Source: a bacterium (GTDB taxonomy: Bacteria > Ratteibacteria > UBA8468 > B48-G9 > DTJG01). From it: 64,000 nucleotides of DNA. This document shows, piece by piece, positions 21,493-29,580 of the stretch. The stretch is from positions 15,170-79,169 of the forward strand of contig JAKPDB010000107.1 in NCBI GenBank assembly GCA_029552985.1, written 5' to 3'. Both the position numbers and the translations under genes were made by a program. How positions within the stretch are numbered: the first letter of the stretch is position 1; each line of letters starts with the position of its first letter. Under the pieces are notes generated by a model, which saw nothing but the letters and a program-made list of their open reading frames with translations, did not search any database and was not told the origin of the DNA.

Positions 21493-21840
21493 ATGATAAC
21501 ACTGTTAATTGTTGTCCATTTGATTGTGTCAATCTTGCTGATTGTGGCGGTGCTTCTTCAGAGTGGAAAAGGTTCTTCAATGGCAAATGTTTTCGGCGGT
21601 GGAGGAATGGAAACCGTATTTGGTGCAGAAACGCCTGCAATTATGAATAGAATCACAACTGTGCTTGCCATTTTGTTCATGATCAATTGTATTTTGCTTA
21701 CTACTGTGTCTTTCAAGTACAGTGGTGGTTCAGTGATTCAACGTGAAGTGCAAAAGGGTTCGATACCTCAGTCAGAAGAACCACTGCGACAGGTTCCAAC
21801 AACACCTTCCACAAATGTGCCACCGGCACAGAATAAGTAG
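21493..21840 (+). CDS. secG: preprotein translocase subunit SecG
   Basis: LLQSGKG...GGG.....FG motif, two TM segments, classic position after tpiA. Confidence 0.85.
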   Translation: MITLLIVVHLIVSILLIVAVLLQSGKGSSMANVFGGGGMETVFGAETPAIMNRITTVLAILFMINCILLTTVSFKYSGGSVIQREVQKGSIPQSEEPLRQVPTTPSTNVPPAQNK

Positions 21841-23506
21841 ACTTTGTTTTTTGTTTTTCTTTATTTTTGTATGTGCTGGTACTCCGGCAGAAATAAAACC
21901 TGGCGGGTCAATTGTCATTTCGGCGTCTTCAATACCAAAGTCATTCAATCCTATAGTGGCAAAGGAAACAAGTACAACTTTTGTTACAGGATTTATTTTT
22001 GAAGGTTTAATTGCGACTGATGGGGTCAGTTTAAAGGTTAAGCCAAATCTTGCTAAATCCTGGGATGTTGATGCCACTGGTAAAATATGGACATTTCATT
22101 TGAGAAGGGATGTTTACTGGAATGACGGTGTTCAGTTTACTGCAAAAGATGTGGAGTTTACATTCAATCGCTTGATTTTTAATCCTGATATCCCAACCAG
22201 TAGCCGGGACGTTTTCACAATAAACAATCAGTCAATCAAAGTGAAGGCAATTGATCAATTCACAGTACAGTTTATCCTTCCAGATCGATTTGCTCCATTT
22301 CTCAGGTTAATGGGTCAGGAAATACTGCCTGAACATAAATATAAAAAAGATGTTGATGAAAAAAGATTTTCGTCTGCCATGGGTCTCAATTCAAAACCGC
22401 AGGATATTGTTGGAACAGGTCCTTTTATGCTTGAGGATTTTCGTCCCGGAGAATGGGTAATATTAACGAAGAACAAATTGTACTGGAAACATGATTTAAA
22501 TGGAAATCAGCAGCCCTACCTTGATAGGATCATTATTCTGACAATTCCCGATCAAAATATGGCATTGTTGAAGTTTAAGAAAGGTGAACTTGACATGATT
22601 TCATTAAGAGCACAGGATTATTTGTTGCTCAAAAAAGCAAATCTTTCAGGGGTGAAATTTTATAATGTGGGACCTTCATTAAGTTCAGAGTTTCTTGTTT
22701 TCAATCAAAATCTTGACAGTAACATTCCTGAATATAAAAAAGAATGGTTTAGAAATATAAACTTCAGAAGAGCTGTTGCCTGCGCGATTGACAGGCAAAC
22801 AATTATCAACAATATTTTTGCTGGTCTCGGATACCCACTTTATGGACCAGTAAATGAATCTGTTCAGGAGTTTTACAATCCCAGGATAAAAAAATTTCCA
22901 TATAACATTGACCAGGCAAAAAAATATTTGATGGAAGGAGGTTTCCAATTAAGAAGAGATGGTCTTCTCTATGATTCAAAAGGAAATCAGGTTTCTTTTT
23001 CCCTCATCACCAACAGTAATAATTCTGAAAGGATTGAGCAGGCAAATTTGATTAGAAATGACCTTGAAAAACTTGGCATGAAGGTGAATTTTCTTCCGGT
23101 TGATTTTAATTCTCTCGTTACAAGAATAAATGCAACGAAAGATTGGGAATCCGTCATTATTGGATTGACAGGTGGCATTGACCCCCATTTCGGAAAGAAT
23201 GTGTGGGTGACAACAGGGCATCTTCATTTATGGAATTTAGGTTCTCCAAGATCTGTTTATGAATGGGAAAAAGAGGTCGATAGAATTTTTGAAGACGCAG
23301 CAAGAGAAATGGACCAGAAAAAGCGAAAACTTCTTTATGACAGATGGCAGGAATTGATGTGTGAAAATCAGGTAATGATTTTCACTGCCACACAGGCAGT
23401 TTTATATGCAGTCAGGGACAAATTTGGTAATTTGAAACCCACAGTATACGGTGGCTTGTTCCATAATATAGAAGAAATCTACATAAAAAGCCGATGCCAG
23501 TATTGA
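21815..23506 (+). CDS. ABC transporter substrate-binding protein, family 5 (Opp/Dpp/Nik type)
   Basis: Signal peptide (MCHRHRISRLCFLFFFIFVCAG) followed by the SBP_bac_5 pattern (ILPDRFAPF, LDRIII..IPD). The start overlaps the 3' end of secG. An alternative TTG start is at 21851. Confidence 0.8.
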   Translation: MCHRHRISRLCFLFFFIFVCAGTPAEIKPGGSIVISASSIPKSFNPIVAKETSTTFVTGFIFEGLIATDGVSLKVKPNLAKSWDVDATGKIWTFHLRRDVYWNDGVQFTAKDVEFTFNRLIFNPDIPTSSRDVFTINNQSIKVKAIDQFTVQFILPDRFAPFLRLMGQEILPEHKYKKDVDEKRFSSAMGLNSKPQDIVGTGPFMLEDFRPGEWVILTKNKLYWKHDLNGNQQPYLDRIIILTIPDQNMALLKFKKGELDMISLRAQDYLLLKKANLSGVKFYNVGPSLSSEFLVFNQNLDSNIPEYKKEWFRNINFRRAVACAIDRQTIINNIFAGLGYPLYGPVNESVQEFYNPRIKKFPYNIDQAKKYLMEGGFQLRRDGLLYDSKGNQVSFSLITNSNNSERIEQANLIRNDLEKLGMKVNFLPVDFNSLVTRINATKDWESVIIGLTGGIDPHFGKNVWVTTGHLHLWNLGSPRSVYEWEKEVDRIFEDAAREMDQKKRKLLYDRWQELMCENQVMIFTATQAVLYAVRDKFGNLKPTVYGGLFHNIEEIYIKSRCQY

Positions 23507-24009
23507 GAATGATTTATGAAAGACAGGGTGTTGCCAGGTTCATATCTGTAAATTACATTGGGAAAATTTTTGAAAGAGCAGTGAGAAGATTACAGGTAAA
23601 CCTTGAATTTTCTTATGGATATAGCCGCAGAGTGAGAATCAGTCTTGGTCCGCCTGTTGCGGTTGGTATTTCTGGTGTTAACGAGGTTATTGATATACAT
23701 GTAAAAGATAGAAGTATTTCAGCTGATGTTATTAAAAACAGTTTGAATGAGGTTCTACCTGAGGGGTTGAAGATTACAGAATGTCGTTATCTCATAGATG
23801 GTGAAAAATCACCACCTGAAATTAAGAAAGCCCGGTATAGAATTAGACAATTTCCTGATAATATTGGTGATATGCCAGAATCATGGGATGTGATTAGTAA
23901 AAACTCAGACATGATTGAAATTGAGGTCTGGATTGAAAAATTCAAACACAGGGACCTGTTTGACATTTTCGGCACATCCTGCCAGATAGAAAGAAAATTG
24001 ATTTTTTGA
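23494..24009 (+). CDS. DUF2344 (TIGR03936, radical SAM-linked) family protein
   Basis: ERAVRRLQVNLEFSYGYSRRVRISLGPPVAVG and LNEVLPEGLKI match the remembered DUF2344 consensus. Confidence 0.55.
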   Translation: MPVLRMIYERQGVARFISVNYIGKIFERAVRRLQVNLEFSYGYSRRVRISLGPPVAVGISGVNEVIDIHVKDRSISADVIKNSLNEVLPEGLKITECRYLIDGEKSPPEIKKARYRIRQFPDNIGDMPESWDVISKNSDMIEIEVWIEKFKHRDLFDIFGTSCQIERKLIF

Positions 24010-24068
24010 GCAAATTCAGTATAATTTATTCGTGGGATTTCTTATTCCACGATAATCCAGGAGATATT

Positions 24069-24848
24069 ATGTCAATGAGGTTTTCAATTTCAAAGAGGCA
24101 TGGTTTTGAAAAAAAAATTGTCTCACCGAGAAATTCTGATCTTAAATTTCTTTCATTCAGTTATTTGTTTTCAATGTTTTCGCTCCAGTTTGAACAAAAT
24201 ACTGAAGATGAAGAATGGTTGTGGGTGATTATGTCAGGGAAAATCAATATTACAATAGGAGAAAGTTCCTTTTGTATGGAAAGAAAGGGAGTGTTCAATG
24301 ATAGACCAGTATCTCTATATATTCCTGCGGGTACAAAATATGTCGTGAAATCTGAGGGATTTTCAGAAGCAGTGGCGGTCTCCGCACCATCAGGGAAAAA
24401 TTTTTCTCCTGTATTTATTTCATCTGACGGCATAGAGGTTCAAAGGGCAGGAAAATTGAATTATCAGCGTTCAATTTTTAATATCATGCCTCAGGATTTT
24501 CCTGCTTCCAAAATTATAGCAGGCGAGACAATTCATGATACTGGTCACTGGTCCTGTTTTCCTCCACATAAGCACGATGAAGACAGGATGCCAGAAGAGA
24601 GCAAACATGAGGAACTATATTTTTTCAAATGCGAACCAGAAAAAACAGGCTTCGGACTGATGCGTGTTTACGATGATACACAGGATGTCGCATTTCCGAT
24701 TCTTCCCAATGATGTGATTACCATTCCAAAAGGTTATCATCCAGTAAGTGTGATACCCGGTCATAAACTTTATTATTTCTGGGCGCTTGCTGGTGAAAAA
24801 CGGCCATTTCAAAGACACACGCATCCTGATTATCTTAAGTATGAATAA
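24069..24848 (+). CDS. iolB: KduI/IolB family isomerase (5-deoxy-glucuronate isomerase-like)
   Basis: WSCFPPHKHDEDRMPEESKHEELYFF...RVYDD...IPKGYHPV closely matches B. subtilis IolB (PPHKHDQDNLPEES..EETYYH). SD CCAGGAGA lies before the ATG at 24069. Confidence 0.7.
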   Translation: MSMRFSISKRHGFEKKIVSPRNSDLKFLSFSYLFSMFSLQFEQNTEDEEWLWVIMSGKINITIGESSFCMERKGVFNDRPVSLYIPAGTKYVVKSEGFSEAVAVSAPSGKNFSPVFISSDGIEVQRAGKLNYQRSIFNIMPQDFPASKIIAGETIHDTGHWSCFPPHKHDEDRMPEESKHEELYFFKCEPEKTGFGLMRVYDDTQDVAFPILPNDVITIPKGYHPVSVIPGHKLYYFWALAGEKRPFQRHTHPDYLKYE

Positions 24849-24858
24849 AGGGGGATAT

Positions 24859-25686
24859 ATGAACAAGGAAATTATAGATTTATTCAGTCTTGATGGAATG
24901 AATGCGGTAGTAACAGGGGCAGCAGGAGTACTAGGATTCAGCATATGCGCAGGACTGGCAGGTGCAGGAGCATCCGTGGCCATCGCCGATATAAAAAATT
25001 TTAAAGAAGCAGCAGAGCAGTTGAAAAAAAAAGGTCTTGATGCAGAAGGGTTTTACATTGATGTACTGAAAAAAGACAAGATTATTGAGTGCGCAAAAGA
25101 GATTATGGAGAAATATAAAAAAATTGATATTCTCGTTAATTGCGCTGGGGGCAACTTAAAGGAAGCAACAACATCTCCTGAATTAAGTTTTTTTGATCTT
25201 CCTGTTGAGGGTCTGGAACGGGTTGTGGCTTTGAATCTTTTTGGAGGAGCGATACTACCATCTCAGGTATTTGGCAGGGAAATGGTAAAAAACCCTGACG
25301 GTGGATCTATCATCAATATATCTTCCATGAATGCGTTCAGACCTCTTACGAGAATTCCTGGTTATTCTGCAGCAAAAGCAGCAGTGAGTAATTTTACTCA
25401 ATGGCTCGCAGTGCACTTTGCAATGGAATACAACAAATTGTTAAGAGTTAATGCAATAGCGCCTGGTTTTTTTCTTACTCAACAAAATCGGTATCTTCTG
25501 ATAGACGAAAACAATGATCTTACTCCAAGAGGCAAGACAATTATCAATCACACTCCAATGGGAAGATTTGGTGAGCCAGATGATTTAATAGGAAGTTGTA
25601 TATGGCTTGCATCAAGAGCATCAAAGTTTGTGACAGGCGTTGTAATTCCTGTCGATGGCGGCTTTAATGCATATTCGGGTGTTTAA
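24859..25686 (+). CDS. SDR family oxidoreductase (KduD/mannonate-type sugar-acid dehydrogenase-like)
   Basis: TGAAGVLG Rossmann motif, NCAGG, and the YSAAK catalytic motif. Confidence 0.8.
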   Translation: MNKEIIDLFSLDGMNAVVTGAAGVLGFSICAGLAGAGASVAIADIKNFKEAAEQLKKKGLDAEGFYIDVLKKDKIIECAKEIMEKYKKIDILVNCAGGNLKEATTSPELSFFDLPVEGLERVVALNLFGGAILPSQVFGREMVKNPDGGSIINISSMNAFRPLTRIPGYSAAKAAVSNFTQWLAVHFAMEYNKLLRVNAIAPGFFLTQQNRYLLIDENNDLTPRGKTIINHTPMGRFGEPDDLIGSCIWLASRASKFVTGVVIPVDGGFNAYSGV

Positions 25687-25709
25687 TTTTTACCAAAAAG
25701 GAGCAGAAA

Positions 25710-27197
25710 ATGAAAAAAGCAAATATTGCGATAATTGGAATGGAAGTTATGGGAAGAAGCCTTGCCCTCAATATGGAAAGCAAAAACTATACTGTGGCAG
25801 TTTATAACAGAACAGCAGAAAAAACAAAAGCGTTTGTTGAAGGTCCTGCCAGGGGGAAAAATATTATTCCTACCTATGAGTTAAAAGATCTGGTTGATTC
25901 TCTGGAAAGTCCGAAAAAGATTATGTTGATGGTAAAAGAGGGCCAGCCGGTGGACAATTTTATAGAAATGCTTCTTCCCTATCTGAAGCCTGGAGACCTT
26001 ATTATCGATGGAGGCAATTCATTCTTTAAGGACACAATCAGAAGAAACAAAATGTTATCAGAAAAGGGAATTCTTTTTATTGGAACAGGCGTGTCAGGGG
26101 GAGAAGAAGGTGCATTGAAAGGGCCAGCCATTATGCCTGGAGGACAAAAGGAAGCATATCGACTTGTAGAGAAGATATTCAGGGATATTGCGGCAAAGGC
26201 ATACGACGGTGAGCCGTGCGTTGATTACATAGGTCCTGATGGAGCAGGGCACTTTGTGAAAACTATTCACAACGGAATTGAGTACGGCGATATGCAGTTG
26301 ATTGGTGAGGTTGTGTGGTTTTTTAAAAACATTGGAATGAAGGCAGATGAAATTGCTGATATCATGGCAAAATGGAACGATAGGGACGACATTTTGAGAT
26401 CATACCTGATAGAAATTACTGCTGACAGTATGAAACAAAAACATCAGGGTTCTGACGAATTTCTTGTTGACAGGGTCGCGGATATTACGAGAATGAAAGG
26501 GACTGGCACCTGGACTGTCCAGAGTGCGCTGGAACTATTGGTGCCGATTCCAACAATTGCTGCAGCAGTATTTTCAAGAGAGATGTCTCAGGATAAACAG
26601 TTGCGCCTTGCAATGGCAAAGAAACTAACGATCGCGTCCGGCAAATTCAATGGTGACAAAAAAGAAATTATTGAAATAGCTCACGATGCACTATACATAG
26701 CCAAGATTTCATCATATGCCCAGGGAATTGCTTTGCTTCAGGCTGCTTCAAAAGAGTACAATTTTCACCTGAATATTGGTAGAATTGCAAAAATATGGCG
26801 TGCAGGATGCATCATCAGGGCTCAATTTCTTGATGAAATTACTAAAGCGTATGAATCTGACCCAGACCTTCCAAATCTTCTTGCTGCACCAAAATTTGCC
26901 AGTTTCGTTGAATCTAACACCTGGAAGCTTGCAAAGTTCATTGATGTTGCTCATCAATGCGGAGTGCCTGTTCTGGCTATGTCTGGTGCGCTTGATTACA
27001 TAATGCAGATTACATCGCCTGTGATGCCATCTGCTCAGGTTTCTGCTCTTCAAAGAGATTACTTTGGAGCCCATGGTTATTTCAAAATTGGCGGACCAAA
27101 AGACCCTGAACTTGTTGTAAATGAAGAAGGAAAGGTGCGTGAATTCCATACTGAATGGTTACTTCCAGGAAGACCAGAAAGAGAAATCACAAAGTAA
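25710..27197 (+). CDS. gnd: 6-phosphogluconate dehydrogenase (decarboxylating)
   Basis: IGMEVMGRSLALN, the 495-aa length and a C-terminal 6PGD domain. Confidence 0.9.
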   Translation: MKKANIAIIGMEVMGRSLALNMESKNYTVAVYNRTAEKTKAFVEGPARGKNIIPTYELKDLVDSLESPKKIMLMVKEGQPVDNFIEMLLPYLKPGDLIIDGGNSFFKDTIRRNKMLSEKGILFIGTGVSGGEEGALKGPAIMPGGQKEAYRLVEKIFRDIAAKAYDGEPCVDYIGPDGAGHFVKTIHNGIEYGDMQLIGEVVWFFKNIGMKADEIADIMAKWNDRDDILRSYLIEITADSMKQKHQGSDEFLVDRVADITRMKGTGTWTVQSALELLVPIPTIAAAVFSREMSQDKQLRLAMAKKLTIASGKFNGDKKEIIEIAHDALYIAKISSYAQGIALLQAASKEYNFHLNIGRIAKIWRAGCIIRAQFLDEITKAYESDPDLPNLLAAPKFASFVESNTWKLAKFIDVAHQCGVPVLAMSGALDYIMQITSPVMPSAQVSALQRDYFGAHGYFKIGGPKDPELVVNEEGKVREFHTEWLLPGRPEREITK

Positions 27198-27244
27198 TTG
27201 AGAAACGAAAAAGGTCTTAGTGGTTCGGAGGCAATTTACTGGTT

Positions 27245-28297
27245 GTGTCTTTGTATATGTTTGAAAAATTAGCAAAACAGAAATTACAGGAAACTCCGCA
27301 AGAATATTTGAAAACGTTCGAAAGAACTAAAGATTTTCTTGTGGCAATTGATACGGATGGATGCATTGCCGACAATATGAATGCTAAACAGATATTGATA
27401 TTCCACCCGTTATACATGGAATTCTATCAGCTGTGGGAAATTGAGTCCTACTTCAGAGAGATTGCTGAATTTTATAATCTTTTTTCTGTTCACAGGGGTT
27501 GCAATAGATTTCTTGCTATCAGGTACACATTAAATGCTTTGCACAGTCGTCAGGATGTTCGAAATGAAGTAAAAAAACTAAATGTAACTCTACCAGAAAT
27601 TAAGCCAGTTGAGCAATACATTGAATTTTGTAGAAAGAATAACTACGGCATGGGAAATGTTTCTCTGGACCAATTTCTGTCAACGCGAGTTTTTGATTCT
27701 GGACTTTATAAACTATCAGGGTGGAGTCAGGCGGTTAATAAAGCACTTGAGTATATCGTTGATAAAGTTCAACCTTTTGAGAATGTGAGGGAGTGTCTTG
27801 AAATAATTTACAAGCACGCGGACATTGCTGTGATTTCTCAAACTCCTTATGAAGATTTATTTAATTACTGGAATACACATGGTCTTTTGAAATATGTAAA
27901 AGTGATTTGCGGTCAGGAGATGGGAAGCAAAACGTATCATATAGAGATGTTGAAAAAGGTTGGCAAATATTCTGATGAGGCGGTACTAATGGTTGGTGAT
28001 GCTATCGGGGATTTTGAGGCAGTTAAGAAAAATAACGGACTTTTCTATCCTGTTGTTCCTGGGAATGAAAACGATTCCTGGAAAAAATTTCCAGAGGTGT
28101 TTGAATTGTTTTTGACGGGTAAGTATCATGGGGAATTAGAGCAATACTTGATTGGTGAATTTTCAAAAAAATTACCTGATAGGCCACCGTGGCAAACACA
28201 GGGTTATGATCATACCGCTTCTTACAGAAAAAATCAGGAAATCAGGAAATCTCTTTATAAACAATTTAATCCTGACGGGAGGTTACTCATTTTATGA
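27245..28297 (+). CDS. HAD superfamily hydrolase (putative phosphatase) with a large cap domain
   Basis: Motif I VAIDTDGCI and motif IV MVGDAIGDFEA. The GTG start is 14 nt after GGAGG; an alternative ATG is at 27257. Confidence 0.6.
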   Translation: MSLYMFEKLAKQKLQETPQEYLKTFERTKDFLVAIDTDGCIADNMNAKQILIFHPLYMEFYQLWEIESYFREIAEFYNLFSVHRGCNRFLAIRYTLNALHSRQDVRNEVKKLNVTLPEIKPVEQYIEFCRKNNYGMGNVSLDQFLSTRVFDSGLYKLSGWSQAVNKALEYIVDKVQPFENVRECLEIIYKHADIAVISQTPYEDLFNYWNTHGLLKYVKVICGQEMGSKTYHIEMLKKVGKYSDEAVLMVGDAIGDFEAVKKNNGLFYPVVPGNENDSWKKFPEVFELFLTGKYHGELEQYLIGEFSKKLPDRPPWQTQGYDHTASYRKNQEIRKSLYKQFNPDGRLLIL

Positions 28298-29580
28298 AAA
28301 TAGGAACAGGCAATAAGAATGAGGTTCTGTCTGAACAGAAATTTGGTTCTATTTTACAGAATATTGTGATATCTCTTGGTCTGGAGAAAAAGGAAAAGGT
28401 TCTGGTTATTATACCTGATAGTACTCGTTCAGGTCCAACAGGAGATGTTTTTAGAGTCATAGTTGATACTCTTTACCACAGGGTTAAAAAGCTGGATTTT
28501 ATGATCGCACTTGGAACTCATCCAGTAATGACAGTGGAAAACATTGAAAAATTGCTTGGAATTAACTGTCAGAAGTTCCAGGAGAAATATCCGCAGACGC
28601 AGATATTTCAACACTGCTGGGATGATGAAAAAACGATAGTGGAAATTGGTACCATTACAGCCAGCGAAATTTCGAGAATTTCTCGTGGGCTTTTAAACGA
28701 GGATATCCCTGTGACAATTAACAGAACCATACTTGATTATGACCACATTATTCTCGCAGGACCTGTTTTTCCTCACGAGGTTGTTGGGTTTTCTGGTGGA
28801 TATAAGTATCTTTTTCCTGGAATTTCAGGTCCTCATTTCCTTCACAAATTCCACTGGCTCGGCGCTTTAATTACAAATCCTAAGATCAATGGCGTGAAAG
28901 ATACTCCTGTCAGAGAAGCAATAAACAAAGCAGTTTCTTTTATAAATAAGCCAATCACACAGATATGTTATGTGGTAAAAGAAAAAAAGGTCTATGGAAT
29001 ATTCGCAGGAGACAATGAGGCATGGTCTGCAGCAGCAGATCTATCTGCGCAATTGAATATTGAATATGTCGACAGAAGTTATAACGAGGTTCTTTCAATG
29101 GCGCCAGTGATGTATGATGACATATGGACTGCCGGTAAATGTATGTATAAACTTGAACCGATTGTTTCTGATGGTGGAAATTTAATTATCTATGCTCCAC
29201 ATATCACAGAGGTTTCTTATACACACGGAAAGTACATCAGACAGGTTGGATATCATACGCGTGACTATTTTCTTAAACAATGGGAAAGATTTAAGAATTT
29301 TCCAGGCGGTATCCTTGCCCATTCCACTCATGTCAAGGGTATCGGCACTTTTCTTGATGGAATTGAAACTCCAAGAATCAACGTTTATCTTGCAACTGGC
29401 ATAAGTAAACAGGTGTGCCAGCAAATTAACCTCGGCTATATCAATCCAGATGAGATCAACATTGATGATTTTCGAAAGAAACAGGATACTTTTGTTGTGG
29501 AAAATGCAGGAGAGATACTATTCAGATTGAAAAGTGGCCAAGTTCCAGACATTGATAAACTTTATGAGAGGCGAAAATGA
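28294..29580 (+). CDS. LarA family (lactate racemase-like) nickel-pincer-nucleotide-dependent hydroxyacid racemase/epimerase homolog
   Basis: N-terminal DUF2088-like motifs IIPDSTRSGP and ALGTHP. The FPHEVVGFSGGYKYLFPG segment matches the LarA H..GxSGGxK cofactor-tethering region. 428 aa. Start overlaps the HAD stop (ATGA). Confidence 0.65.
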   Translation: MKIGTGNKNEVLSEQKFGSILQNIVISLGLEKKEKVLVIIPDSTRSGPTGDVFRVIVDTLYHRVKKLDFMIALGTHPVMTVENIEKLLGINCQKFQEKYPQTQIFQHCWDDEKTIVEIGTITASEISRISRGLLNEDIPVTINRTILDYDHIILAGPVFPHEVVGFSGGYKYLFPGISGPHFLHKFHWLGALITNPKINGVKDTPVREAINKAVSFINKPITQICYVVKEKKVYGIFAGDNEAWSAAADLSAQLNIEYVDRSYNEVLSMAPVMYDDIWTAGKCMYKLEPIVSDGGNLIIYAPHITEVSYTHGKYIRQVGYHTRDYFLKQWERFKNFPGGILAHSTHVKGIGTFLDGIETPRINVYLATGISKQVCQQINLGYINPDEINIDDFRKKQDTFVVENAGEILFRLKSGQVPDIDKLYERRK

